Origin: Candidatus Saccharimonadota bacterium | Lineage (GTDB): Bacteria; Patescibacteriota; Saccharimonadia; UBA4664 | NCBI GenBank assembly: GCA_019352195.1 | Contig: JACAFG010000001.1 | Span: 130,485-194,484, forward strand | Reading direction: 5' to 3' | DNA: 64,000 nt | Program-made: the position numbers and the translations under genes | Notes under the pieces: model-generated | The model's database searches: none | What the model was told of the DNA's origin: nothing | The model's input: the letters and a program-made list of their open reading frames with translations, nothing else | Shown here: one piece after another, positions 10,757 through 20,346 of the stretch | Position numbering within the stretch: the stretch's first letter is position 1 | Layout of the letters: each line of letters opens with the position of its first letter

Positions 10757-11326
10757 GTGCGTCGTTCTACAGGTCGGTTTTATGCATTTTGCGCCATTGT
10801 CTTTGGCCTTGGCCTGGCAGCTTCGGGCTACCTCAACTACTACCAATACCAACGCGGCCAAGACCACCAGCAGCTCGACCAAGACACCATTGCCCAGCTC
10901 AAGCGCGAAGCAGTTATAGTGCCTGTGGCCAGTCCAACGTCTTCGCCGGTTGCCGCCGTTTTGGGCGCTAAAGTCATCACCGTACCTGAGCTGGGCATTA
11001 CGCTTACGACGCTTAACCCTTTGGGCGATTTCAGCTACCAATATCAGCAACTCGACGGCCTCGACGGCATCAATATCACCAGCACTTCACTCATAAATAC
11101 CACGACGACATGTGGTCCCGGCGCGCTTGGCCGTCTGGTTCGCCAATCAGCCGATGCTAAGCCTGCTTTGTCGGCGACAACGCTCGTTAAGCTCATTGGT
11201 AGCGAAAATTACTATTATCAGCCTGCCAAATTTGCCTGCGCCAAGGATCCCGTTACCACCGCAGCACTTAAAGCTGACGCCGCCATTATGCCCGCAATCC
11301 TTACCACCTTGTCGGCGGGCTCCTAA
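10757..11326 (+). CDS. Bitopic membrane protein (paralog cluster member 1)
   Basis: N-terminal TM, YLNYYQYQR, S/P/T linker, extracellular Cys pair. Confidence 0.7.
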   Translation: MRRSTGRFYAFCAIVFGLGLAASGYLNYYQYQRGQDHQQLDQDTIAQLKREAVIVPVASPTSSPVAAVLGAKVITVPELGITLTTLNPLGDFSYQYQQLDGLDGINITSTSLINTTTTCGPGALGRLVRQSADAKPALSATTLVKLIGSENYYYQPAKFACAKDPVTTAALKADAAIMPAILTTLSAGS

Positions 11327-11367
11327 AATCAAAATAACAGGTATACTAAGCCCATAAGGAAGATTCT

Positions 11368-11814
11368 GTGAAGCCAAGTCGCCCGGTGGCAAAAATTTGG
11401 ATTGTCTGCACCATAGTATTGGCAGCGGCGTTTGTTGCCGCGGCCTACCTCAACTACGTTCAGTACCAGCGTGCCCAAGATGCCCAGCGACTGCTCAACG
11501 GCACTATCACCGATTTGCGCTATCAATTATCGATCGATGAAAAAGGCGCTTCACCCAGTCCATCTCCCAGCTCCTCACCGTCGCCGACGCCCGTTCCGGC
11601 CGCCAGCCCCGCCGCATCCACTCCGGCTCCAGCAGCCACCACTACGACAAATCAGGTGGCCAATCTTCATTCCCAACCAGATGTCCATTCGGCGATTCTT
11701 GCAAAACTAGCTGCGGGTACCGTGGTAACCCTTGGCAGTCCAGCAGCTAGTGGCTACCGTCAAGTAACGGTCAATGGAACGACGGGATTTGTTCTCCAAG
11801 CCTACCTTAGGTAG
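11368..11814 (+). CDS. Bitopic membrane protein with C-terminal SH3b-like domain (member 2)
   Basis: TM, YLNYVQYQR, SPSP linker, NLHSQP..ILAKL..G..V and GTTGFV..YL. Confidence 0.75.
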   Translation: MKPSRPVAKIWIVCTIVLAAAFVAAAYLNYVQYQRAQDAQRLLNGTITDLRYQLSIDEKGASPSPSPSSSPSPTPVPAASPAASTPAPAATTTTNQVANLHSQPDVHSAILAKLAAGTVVTLGSPAASGYRQVTVNGTTGFVLQAYLR

Positions 11815-11869
11815 TCGCCCCAAATGATGCGATGCATAACCGGCATAATCTGTTAAAATCATAAGCAAC

Positions 11870-12139
11870 ATGAAAGAACGACATCTCATAACATATCAGT
11901 GGATTCTTATCGGAGTCCTGCTCGTCGGTTTCGTCGCCGTCAGCATCATTTCACTTAACCGCTCGCAAGCTATCGAGCAGGCCAAAGCCGGGCACAACGG
12001 CGATATCGCTAGTCTCCAGGAACAGCTGCGGCAAGCTAAAATTCCCCGGCCGACCACCGCTCCACTGCAAGAATCCGTCAGTAATTTAGCCTCGCCCAGC
12101 CCGTCGGTTACGCCTACGCCGGTAGCCAAAACCAAGTAG
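11870..12139 (+). CDS. Small bitopic coiled-coil protein (member 3)
   Basis: TM, short coiled coil, P/T/S tail. Confidence 0.65.
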   Translation: MKERHLITYQWILIGVLLVGFVAVSIISLNRSQAIEQAKAGHNGDIASLQEQLRQAKIPRPTTAPLQESVSNLASPSPSVTPTPVAKTK

Positions 12140-12156
12140 TTACGCCAGGAGGCCCG

Positions 12157-12432
12157 ATGAAAAAGTCTCATAATACGTTGATCATTGTTTTGCTAGTCGT
12201 TCTCATCGTAGTTGCCGGAACTGCCATAGTTTTGCAATATAACCAAAACAAGTCGGTTGCTGCGGCTCGCGATGAGTTGCAAAGCGAAGTCTATACACTC
12301 CGAGGCGAGCTGCAGGCAGCGCTCGCGACACCAACGCCTACGCCAACTCCGGTAGCGACGCCAGCGCCCACCCCGAAGCCGACTGCCACTCTCAAAGCTA
12401 CTGCCACTCCCAAAGTTACTCCCACACCATAA
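12157..12432 (+). CDS. Small bitopic coiled-coil protein with PT repeats (member 4)
   Basis: aggagg RBS; TM, coiled coil, TPTPTP tail. Confidence 0.7.
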   Translation: MKKSHNTLIIVLLVVLIVVAGTAIVLQYNQNKSVAAARDELQSEVYTLRGELQAALATPTPTPTPVATPAPTPKPTATLKATATPKVTPTP

Positions 12433-12708
12433 GGCCAATCGGAATATCGACCTCGTTGGGATCACTTCAACCGTATCCCAAGGGCAGATTGGCAGAAAAA
12501 TGCCCAGGGGATTCTTGTTGCGACCGTCGGCGCGAACAGCATTTGCTACCAGCACGCCCAGGCGATCTCCTCTGGTAAAGTAGATGCTGAAGCTCTGCAG
12601 TCGAGTCAGTCCGACCAACTCTAAGCCGCTTTCGCGGGTATCAAATAACCACCACGCGTTTGTTCAGTCTAACCATTAGCGTTACAATGAGAACATAACA
12701 AAGCGCAT

Positions 12709-14010
12709 ATGGCTAAGCTGATCGAAAAATTAGTCCGCCTTCGTTCATCGGGTACACCCGCTGGGCCGCGTTACCTCGTCGCGCTCGATATTGGAACTGA
12801 ATTTGTTAAGGCTCTTATTGGCCAAGTGGTATTAGATCCCGCTTCGGGTGTGCCGTCGCGCATTGATATTGTGGGTGTTGGCCGTCAGCGGCAGCGTCTC
12901 ACCGATATGGCGGGCGGTGCAGTCACCGATATTACGGGTGTGGTTGAAAACTGTGATGCCGCTTTGGGTGTAGCCGAAAAAATGGCTGGCGTTTCCGCCA
13001 AAGGACTCGATACCGTCGTTGGTATTGCCGGTGAGCTGGTAAAGGGCGCTTCCACCACTATCCGCTATAAGCGTTCAACGGCCAGCGACCCCATTGATAT
13101 GCCGGAATTACGCAAAATTCTGGATAGGGTTCAATTTCGCGCCTTTGAGCGTGCACGGGAGCAGCTTACCTGGGAAACGGGCCAAAAAGACCTCGAAGTA
13201 AAGCTGGTTAACACTGCCATTGTCGACGTCCAAATCGACGGCTATCGTGTCACCAACCCCATTGGCTTTCAGGGCAAAGACGTTTCCATTCAGCTCTTCA
13301 ACGCCTTTGCTCCCATGGTGCACCTCGGCGCACTCCAGGCAGTTGCACAAGACCTCGATCTTAACCTATCAACCATCGCCGCCGAACCGTTCGCAGTGGC
13401 AAAATCGGTTGGAGCCCAAGATTCGGGCGAATTTTCGGCCATTTTTATAGACATTGGTGGCGGGACCACCGATATAGCACTCGTTAATAATGGCGGTGTC
13501 GAAGGTACCAAAATGTTTGCCATTGGCGGCCGTGCCTTCACCAAACGCATTGCTCAAGTTGCCAACGTGAGTTTTGAGAAAGCCGAGGAAATGAAAATAG
13601 CCTACTCGCAGGGAAAGCTTGGACCAAAGAGCAAAACGGCTGTCGAAGAAGCCGTTAACGCCGATATCAAAGTCTGGCTATCGGGCGTTGAGCTAAGTCT
13701 GGCTGAGTTTGACCGCGTCGACCATTTGCCCGCCAAAATCTTACTTTGTGGCGGCGGTACGGGCCTACCTCAAATTATGGAAGCACTCAAAGGTAAAGAC
13801 TGGTTTAAGACGCTTCCCTTTGCACGTAAACCGACGGTAGCTCACATTTCGCCGGCCGAAGTTACGCGGGTTACCGATACCACGGGCAAACTCACGAGCT
13901 ACGCCGATATTACCCCTATGGGACTAGCCAACCTTGGCCTCGACACCGCCGGCGGAGAAACCGTTACCGAAGGCCTCATTAAGCGCCTCGGCCGTGCCAT
14001 TGCCAACTAA
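12709..14010 (+). CDS. FtsA/PilM-like actin-fold ATPase
   Basis: ALDIGTEFVK, AEPFA, IDIGGGTTD and LCGGG motifs. Confidence 0.85.
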   Translation: MAKLIEKLVRLRSSGTPAGPRYLVALDIGTEFVKALIGQVVLDPASGVPSRIDIVGVGRQRQRLTDMAGGAVTDITGVVENCDAALGVAEKMAGVSAKGLDTVVGIAGELVKGASTTIRYKRSTASDPIDMPELRKILDRVQFRAFERAREQLTWETGQKDLEVKLVNTAIVDVQIDGYRVTNPIGFQGKDVSIQLFNAFAPMVHLGALQAVAQDLDLNLSTIAAEPFAVAKSVGAQDSGEFSAIFIDIGGGTTDIALVNNGGVEGTKMFAIGGRAFTKRIAQVANVSFEKAEEMKIAYSQGKLGPKSKTAVEEAVNADIKVWLSGVELSLAEFDRVDHLPAKILLCGGGTGLPQIMEALKGKDWFKTLPFARKPTVAHISPAEVTRVTDTTGKLTSYADITPMGLANLGLDTAGGETVTEGLIKRLGRAIAN

Positions 14011-14018
14011 CGGCCACC

Positions 14019-14363
14019 ATGCCAAGTACTCCCAACGGTTTTGCCAAGCCAGCAACCAAGTCGAACAAAAGACTATACACAATAATTGCCGCAAGTAGCC
14101 TTATTCTGGCGCTTACCTGGCTGATGGTGCAAGATCCACTCACCCGAGCCGGCGAACGATGGTTTTATTCGTTTTTCCCAGATCTAAATAAGATGTATCA
14201 GGCCGAAACCGACGCTTTCCAGGCAAGTTTATTACCATTAGCCGGTACGATGCCTCTGCAGCCGGCCCGACTAATACGAGCTCCCAGCGGCCAACCTACA
14301 TTGTTGCCATTCGCCAAACCAATGACGTCAACGCTTCTGACAGGGCCAAACTCCAAGCTGTAG
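14019..14363 (+). CDS. Hypothetical membrane protein, possibly truncated
   Basis: One TM; C-terminus looks low quality. Confidence 0.4.
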   Translation: MPSTPNGFAKPATKSNKRLYTIIAASSLILALTWLMVQDPLTRAGERWFYSFFPDLNKMYQAETDAFQASLLPLAGTMPLQPARLIRAPSGQPTLLPFAKPMTSTLLTGPNSKL

Positions 14364-14585
14364 CTTGTACGTCATTGGGCACGTCCGCCCCAGGCACGCA
14401 TGTTACCGTTAGCATTGTAAAGTTAACGCGTTTCGGCCCGTTTAGTTTCTCAAGCACTTCAAAATTTCCCGGCATCTGCCCTTAGTTAGACGTCTATAAA
14501 ATTGGCCGACGAGTGGCGCTCTAATGGCTTAGCTGTGACCTAAACGTTCATGAAGTTATACTGTCAACTAAGAAAGGCATTTATC

Positions 14586-14948
14586 ATGCAGCACGAAGAA
14601 TCGGTTGAAGCCTTACGGCAAGAAGTGACCAGAAATCATCGAACCCTCACCGGCATTGCCGGGGTCGCGCTGATTATGCTTGTAGGGGGTGCCATCTTTT
14701 ACCACCTGGTTGAGCACTTTGACTGGCTCGACGCGTTTTACTACTGCACCATAACGCTTACAACGGTTGGCTACGGCGACTTTGTTCCCAAAACTGATCT
14801 CGGCAAACTCTTCACCATTTTCTATGTGATTATTGGCATTGGTATTTTGGCGACCCTTGCCAATACAATCATCAAGAATGCGATGACGCGCCGTCAACTC
14901 AAGCGAGCCATAAATTTGGCCGCCCATAAAGCCGAAGACGCAGTTTAG
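14586..14948 (+). CDS. Two-TM potassium channel (KcsA-like)
   Basis: TTVGYGD selectivity filter between two TMs. Confidence 0.92.
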   Translation: MQHEESVEALRQEVTRNHRTLTGIAGVALIMLVGGAIFYHLVEHFDWLDAFYYCTITLTTVGYGDFVPKTDLGKLFTIFYVIIGIGILATLANTIIKNAMTRRQLKRAINLAAHKAEDAV

Positions 14949-15123
14949 CTTGCAGCTTCCGGTTCGAGGTCCAAGTTTATCTCGCCTTCGGCCCGAACGT
15001 AGCGGGAGGTAGGAAGCTTAGACCCAAAACCGTCATAAGCTTCTGTGATCATCAGTAATAATTTGTGCGTCATATTAGCAAGCAGGGGAGGCCAAACCAA
15101 ACTACTTGTGGTAATCTTAGACC

Positions 15124-16860
15124 ATGAAGGATCAGGCTTTATACCTCGAAGCTGACGAAGATATTACTTCAGCCATAGATAAGCTAGCGAAAGCTGGCGG
15201 CAGCGCTGTACAAATTGTCGTACCAAAGCGGTCCACACTGCTGCAAAGTATTATCAATCTCAAGCTGCTCAAAAAAGCTGCTGCCGACAACGGCAAAGAG
15301 CTCGTGCTGGTAACCAGTGACAAAGTGGCGACCGATCTGGCAGCCCGACTAGGTTTGGCTGTAGCCCCATCACTAGGCGCCAAAGCTTCTGTTGGTGAAG
15401 CCGCGCCGGCACCCACCGCGGCAAGCGAAGACATTATTGAGGCTGATGACCCAGAACCCGAAGCGCCTGTCATAGCGGCTGCCGCTGCTGCTGGCGCGGT
15501 CGGAGCTGCCGCTTCAACCAAAGCCTTTTTTAAGCGTAAGCCCGTTACCGATAAGCCAACGCCCCCACCAGTCGAGCCTTCGGTGGCAGAACCTGTGGCA
15601 GTCTCTGAGACGGATGCCACTGAGAATAAAACGGCCGACGAGACGGCTGCCCCCACTTCTGCCGGCAAGTCGATGGTGCCAAACTTCGGCAAACTGCAAC
15701 GACGGATTGCGTGGCTGGCATTGGCCGTAGCCATTGTTGCTTCATATTTCATATATATAGATATTGCTAGCCATGCCACCGTGGCGCTGTACGCTGCGGG
15801 CACCAAGGTGGCGGTGGATACGAGCTTCGTGGTAGATCCGAACTTCACCACCTCAAGTGTTTCAACGGGCGTCCTGGCCGGTCAAACAGTAACATACAGC
15901 AAAGATTTATCGGGTTCGGCCACAGCTACGGGTCAGCAAGACGCCGGTACCAAAGCAACCGGACAGATGACCATCTATAATAATTTCGACACCTCAGCAC
16001 ATGCTCTGGATGCCGGCACCCGATTGGCGGCGCCCGACGGCAAAGTCTTTACTACCAACACTGCCGTCAGCGTTCCGGGCGAGACTTTGTCGGGTTCGCC
16101 GGCGTCAATTCATCCCGGTCAGGTGACGGTTGGTGTAACCGCCTCAGCGAACGGCGACAGTTACAACGAGGCGCCCACTACACCCCCCGCTAAGTACACG
16201 ATTGTTGCATACCCCGCTGCTCTCCAAAGCTTTATCTACGGTGAAGGGGCTCAAATGTCAGGTGGCGTATCCAAAATTGTTACCGTGGTTGCCCAAGATG
16301 ACATCAACAAATCCGAAACCGATATGCTAGCTGCCGACAAAGACGTGTCGCAGAAAACGCTGGATAGTCACGTGCCTAGCGGCTATGTCGCTATGAGCGG
16401 TTCCACTGGCGTAGTGGCAAGCAATATCACGTCGTCACCAGCTGTTGGGCAGCCAGCCACCACCGCCACCGTCACATTGCACGTGGTATATACCGAACTG
16501 GCAGTGAAGCAGCCGGATTATGTAGCGTTTGTTCGCGCCCACGAACAAGCACAAATTGGCAGCACGAACCAAATTTACGATGACGGCGTGAGTTCTGCTC
16601 AAATTGCCTCGACCGGCAAAAATGCTGCTGGGCAGGCTCAATTTAGCGTTTCAACTCAGGCCTACAGCGGGGCCCGCATCGATACTGTAGCGCTCACTAG
16701 CAAGCTAGCGGGGCAACGATACGGCAGCGCTGTTGATATTGCCTCAAAGGAGCCTGGGGTACAGCGCGTCACCATCAATCTAACACCAGGCTGGCTCACC
16801 TCACTGCCACATCGGACGAGCAAAATTAAGATTACCATTTCGGTTGCGAGCGATAACTAA
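15124..16860 (+). CDS. Bitopic protein with cytoplasmic N-domain and extracellular baseplate-J-like beta domain
   Basis: YLEADEDITS N-terminus, Pro/Ala linker, TM, KATGQMTIYN and GTRL motifs typical of this CPR/Chloroflexi family. Confidence 0.65.
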   Translation: MKDQALYLEADEDITSAIDKLAKAGGSAVQIVVPKRSTLLQSIINLKLLKKAAADNGKELVLVTSDKVATDLAARLGLAVAPSLGAKASVGEAAPAPTAASEDIIEADDPEPEAPVIAAAAAAGAVGAAASTKAFFKRKPVTDKPTPPPVEPSVAEPVAVSETDATENKTADETAAPTSAGKSMVPNFGKLQRRIAWLALAVAIVASYFIYIDIASHATVALYAAGTKVAVDTSFVVDPNFTTSSVSTGVLAGQTVTYSKDLSGSATATGQQDAGTKATGQMTIYNNFDTSAHALDAGTRLAAPDGKVFTTNTAVSVPGETLSGSPASIHPGQVTVGVTASANGDSYNEAPTTPPAKYTIVAYPAALQSFIYGEGAQMSGGVSKIVTVVAQDDINKSETDMLAADKDVSQKTLDSHVPSGYVAMSGSTGVVASNITSSPAVGQPATTATVTLHVVYTELAVKQPDYVAFVRAHEQAQIGSTNQIYDDGVSSAQIASTGKNAAGQAQFSVSTQAYSGARIDTVALTSKLAGQRYGSAVDIASKEPGVQRVTINLTPGWLTSLPHRTSKIKITISVASDN

Positions 16861-17252
16861 TGGCCGCCGCACGCTACCTTGGTATCGATATGGGTTCACG
16901 GCGGGTTGGCTTAGCCACGGGCGACTCTGACACAAAGCTGGCGCAGGCACTCAAAACTGTGGTGCCCGCCGACCTGGCCGCAGCTGTCGCCGCCGCCGCA
17001 CCGTTAGACGGGCTCGTAATAGGTCTGCCACGTGGCCTCGACGGTCAAACAACGGCCCAAACGCTAGCGGTACAACGCTGGGCCGACGATCTGTTGGGCG
17101 ACCGTACCGAGCCAATCTATTGGCAAGACGAAGCTGGCACCTCAGGTGTTGCTGAAGACAACTTGCGCGCTTCTGGCAAAGCCTATAAAAAAGAAGATAT
17201 CGATGCTCACGCCGCCGCCATTATTTTGCAGGATTACCTCAACGCTTTATGA
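16860..17252 (+). CDS. ruvX: YqgF/RuvX family RNase H-like nuclease
   Basis: YLGIDMGSRRVGLA, IGLP, QDE..TS and IDAHAAAIILQDYL. Confidence 0.92.
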   Translation: MAAARYLGIDMGSRRVGLATGDSDTKLAQALKTVVPADLAAAVAAAAPLDGLVIGLPRGLDGQTTAQTLAVQRWADDLLGDRTEPIYWQDEAGTSGVAEDNLRASGKAYKKEDIDAHAAAIILQDYLNAL

Positions 17253-18265
17253 CGAGTTCCAACCCTTACTCTCGAGCAACCAATCGTAAGCGCCCTCTGT
17301 GGTGGCTCGTTGCCCCTGTCATGGCCGTGCTAATTATTGGCGGCTACGGTTGGTACCAGCTGCAGCTGCGTGCGGTTGGGCCAGGTAAACCCACCATTTT
17401 TATAGTAAAGCCAGGGCAAAGCGCGCCAGCCGTAGCTAGCGATTTAGCTACCGCCAAGCTGATAAGAAGCCGTAACGCTTTTATTACCTACCTTAATTTC
17501 CACCATCTGCGCGGGGAAATTAAGGCTGGATCCTACGCTTTGTCGCCCAGCGACAGCAGTCCGCACATTGCTAACGTTATTACCGTTTCCTCGTCTCTCG
17601 GACAAGTAGTGATCCCTGAAGGATACACTATCCGCCAAATTGAAACCGCAGTTGCCTCACACGGGATTTCGACAGCCAGTTTTGAAGCCGCCCTTGCCGA
17701 ACCGCATACCCAAGCGGGCTTGAGTAGTAAGCCGACCAACGCCAGCCTCGAAGGCTATTTATTCCCGGATTCGTACGAAGTTGTCCCTGGTGTCACCACG
17801 GCTAGCCAGCTCGTGAATACCATGCTCGACACTTTTACGGCCAAAGTCAGAACCACCTATGACGCCGATTTTGCTGCCGAAGGCCTCACACGTCACCAAG
17901 GATTAACGCTGGCTTCGATTGTCGAAAAAGAGGTGAGTCGCCCGGAAGATCGGCCCATCGTAGCGCAAGTATTCTTAAAACGCCTTAAGCTTGGCATGCC
18001 TTTAGGCTCCGACGTGACGGTTGATTACGGCGCCGCGCAACTTGGGACAACCTTTAGTACTACCCTGAATTCGCCTTACAATACCTATTTGCATACGGGA
18101 CTACCGATTGGTCCCATTTGTAACCCGGGCTTATCAGCTCTGGATGCCGTGGCACATCCTGCCGCCACCGACTATTTATACTTTGTTGCAGGTTCGGACG
18201 GTGTGACACATTTTGCCGCTACCTACGCCGAACACCAGGCCAACGTCGCCAAATATTTAAAGTAA
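17249..18265 (+). CDS. mltG: Endolytic transglycosylase
   Basis: IPEGY, LEGYLFPDSY, ASIVEKE and SPYNTY..GLPIGPICNPG. Confidence 0.95.
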   Translation: MTSSNPYSRATNRKRPLWWLVAPVMAVLIIGGYGWYQLQLRAVGPGKPTIFIVKPGQSAPAVASDLATAKLIRSRNAFITYLNFHHLRGEIKAGSYALSPSDSSPHIANVITVSSSLGQVVIPEGYTIRQIETAVASHGISTASFEAALAEPHTQAGLSSKPTNASLEGYLFPDSYEVVPGVTTASQLVNTMLDTFTAKVRTTYDADFAAEGLTRHQGLTLASIVEKEVSRPEDRPIVAQVFLKRLKLGMPLGSDVTVDYGAAQLGTTFSTTLNSPYNTYLHTGLPIGPICNPGLSALDAVAHPAATDYLYFVAGSDGVTHFAATYAEHQANVAKYLK

Positions 18266-18406
18266 GCGAGCGGTCTGCAAATATTTAGTCATAATTACAT
18301 ACTCTCACCGCTTGACAGACCAATATTTAGATCTATTACTGAAAGAAGTTAGATTTACAACATTTTCCCAACGATTTTTTACTCTTAGCAAAGCCATTTT
18401 CTCAAT

Positions 18407-18435
18407 TTGACACCTTTGACAGTCGTTGTTAGACT
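18407..18435 (+). promoter_or_regulatory. Sigma70-like promoter of the LysM-CHAP gene
   Basis: TTGACA (18407-18412), 17-nt spacer, TAGACT (18430-18435). Confidence 0.6.
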
Positions 18436-18440
18436 ACGTT

Positions 18441-18625
18441 AGTAAATCGATAAGCTTAAGTGGTATAGGTGATTAAGTCCCTTCCGTAGCATTGATTTAC
18501 TATCTTGAAAGGTCGACACGAAGACTTAAACGTAAGGTCGAACTTCTTCTGTCCCGCCTCAGGCGGGAGAAAGTCCTAGTAAAGATAGTTTCTCGTTTGT
18601 TCTTATGAACATTCGAGGTGGAGAC
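18441..18625 (+). ncRNA. Candidate structured cis-regulatory leader RNA
   Basis: Several stems: 18441-51/18491-501, 18499-506/18582-89 and tcccgcc/ggcggga; no known family recognised. Confidence 0.45.
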
Positions 18626-18645
18626 AAGTTATTAGTAGAAGTGCC

Positions 18646-19851
18646 ATGAGTGGCTCCCTCGAACAATTCCCAAGTGGCCAACTGGCCGACGGAATCGGAA
18701 CCGCCACTGAGACATTCTCTAACATCAAAACGTCCGCCGCTGTCCGTCGCGCACAAACTGCCCCCGCCCATCTTAGTCAATCAGTTGCCGCGTCTTCAGT
18801 TAAAGCCGCTTCTGTTGTTCGCGCTGTATATCGTCCGCGATTTGTTGCCCACGCCGGTTTGCTGGTGTTGGCAGGAGTAGTGGTGCTCAGCAATAGCCCG
18901 GTCCGTACCCACGCGTTATCGCTGCGCCTTACTTCGGCTCAGGCCGGAATTGGCTCGACGCTTGATGAAGTAGGCCAAGCCGCCGTGGCCGCCGACATCG
19001 CTTCATCGGCCAACATGATGGTTACTACCGAAGCAACCAAAACGGCTACCGCCAAAACAGCGCAGGTATCTTTACTGACCTCAGACGATCTGTCATTGGC
19101 TAAGCGACAGGTAGTACAAACCGCGGGTAACGCTACCCGAGATATCACGAGCTATACCGTTGCCAATGGCGACACGCTGTCCGGGATTGCTGCCAAGTTT
19201 AATATCACTTCGGCCACTTTGGTCGCGGCCAACAATCTTGCCAGCGCCGACGCTATTAAGCCCGGACAGTCACTCACCATTTTGCCAGTTAGCGGGCTTC
19301 TGTATACGGTGCAGTCTGGGGATACAGCCGACACCCTGGCCTCTAAGTACAGCGCCAATGCCGCCCAAATTACGAGCTACAATAATGCTGAAGTTAAGGG
19401 CCTTACGCCTGGTACCAAAATCATCATTCCTGACGGAGTAATGCCTCAAGCTCCAGCTGCAGCTGTTGCTGCCGCACCAGCTGCAGCTGTCTCGAGCCGC
19501 AGCACCATCAGCCCGTCATCAGCACCCAAGCTCACCGCCTTCTATGGCGCCGCCAATGGCTACTCGTTTGGCTACTGCACCTGGTATGTCGCTAACCGCC
19601 GCTCTGTCCCGTCGAACTGGGGTAACGCTAACGCCTGGTATTACAACGCGCAGGCCTCAGGTTTCTCAGTGGGATCAACGCCCGTACCTGGCGCCATTGC
19701 TTGGAGCGGCGCCGGCTACTACGGCCACGTAGCCTATGTTGAGAGCGTCTCGGGTGGCAACGTCACGATTTCCGAAATGAACTTTAACGGAAACTGGGAC
19801 AAAGTTACCTATCGCACGGTCTCGGCGTCATCCTTCCGCTACATTTACTAG
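18646..19851 (+). CDS. Peptidoglycan hydrolase with two LysM domains and a CHAP domain
   Basis: YTVANGDTLSGIA and YTVQSGDT LysMs; GYCTWYV, WGNANAW and GHVAYVE CHAP motifs. Confidence 0.93.
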   Translation: MSGSLEQFPSGQLADGIGTATETFSNIKTSAAVRRAQTAPAHLSQSVAASSVKAASVVRAVYRPRFVAHAGLLVLAGVVVLSNSPVRTHALSLRLTSAQAGIGSTLDEVGQAAVAADIASSANMMVTTEATKTATAKTAQVSLLTSDDLSLAKRQVVQTAGNATRDITSYTVANGDTLSGIAAKFNITSATLVAANNLASADAIKPGQSLTILPVSGLLYTVQSGDTADTLASKYSANAAQITSYNNAEVKGLTPGTKIIIPDGVMPQAPAAAVAAAPAAAVSSRSTISPSSAPKLTAFYGAANGYSFGYCTWYVANRRSVPSNWGNANAWYYNAQASGFSVGSTPVPGAIAWSGAGYYGHVAYVESVSGGNVTISEMNFNGNWDKVTYRTVSASSFRYIY

Positions 19852-19890
19852 ATTAACCAATAGCCCACAACTGGCGTCGAGCTGCCATTG

Positions 19891-19927
19891 AATATCCGGA
19901 CTGCCGTTGGAGCAGTCCGGATATTTT
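19891..19927 (+). terminator. Intrinsic terminator
   Basis: aatatccggactgc / gcagtccggatatt stem followed by T residues. Confidence 0.8.
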
Positions 19928-19937
19928 GTTGAGCGGG

Positions 19938-20186
19938 CTAAAACGGGGACAGTCCGAGGAAGGTGGCACCACCTAGGATCGCCACAACAAGAATGACGAT
20001 CAGGGCAATCTCCGCCAGCAGATTGTTACGCGTGTGGTGCAAATACGGGTCATCGGTCTCGCTGGGCCGTGGTGGCTGCCGAAACCGTTTCGACGCCGCA
20101 GCCTCGCGAGCGAGAGCCGCTATGATTTGCTCGGGGCTATCGGGGCTATCGGGGCTATCGGGGTTGGATTGGTACGGATAGACCAT
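19938..20186 (-). CDS. Small tail-anchored membrane protein
   Basis: C-terminal TM; PDS x3 repeat from a 9-bp tandem repeat. Confidence 0.5.
   Translation of the reverse strand: MVYPYQSNPDSPDSPDSPEQIIAALAREAAASKRFRQPPRPSETDDPYLHHTRNNLLAEIALIVILVVAILGGATFLGLSPF
20131..20163. repeat. 9-bp tandem repeat (tcggggcta) x3.7
   Basis: Seen directly. Confidence 0.85.
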
Positions 20187-20346
20187 GGTTGTTCCGTTTC
20201 GGACGAGGGCGGAAAATGGGCACGAGTTAAGATCGTACCGACTGATGATACCAAATTGCACAGGCTTGCCAGCTCCGAAATGTCCATCTTCAAACTTCGA
20301 CATATAGTATGACAAAGGTCAATGTTTATGGTAAACTGAACTCATT

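Noticed and set aside
12433-12625. Protein-like open frame without a start (EYRPRWDHFNRIP...)
   Set aside because: No start codon or recognisable motif; possibly a gene remnant.
15132-15851. 239-aa minus-strand ORF and similar antisense ORFs over leuS, rnc and smc
   Set aside because: Shadows of well-supported opposite-strand genes.
18441-18625. c-di-AMP (ydaO) riboswitch or raiA RNA
   Set aside because: Consensus elements were not recognised by eye. Kept only as an unknown structured leader.
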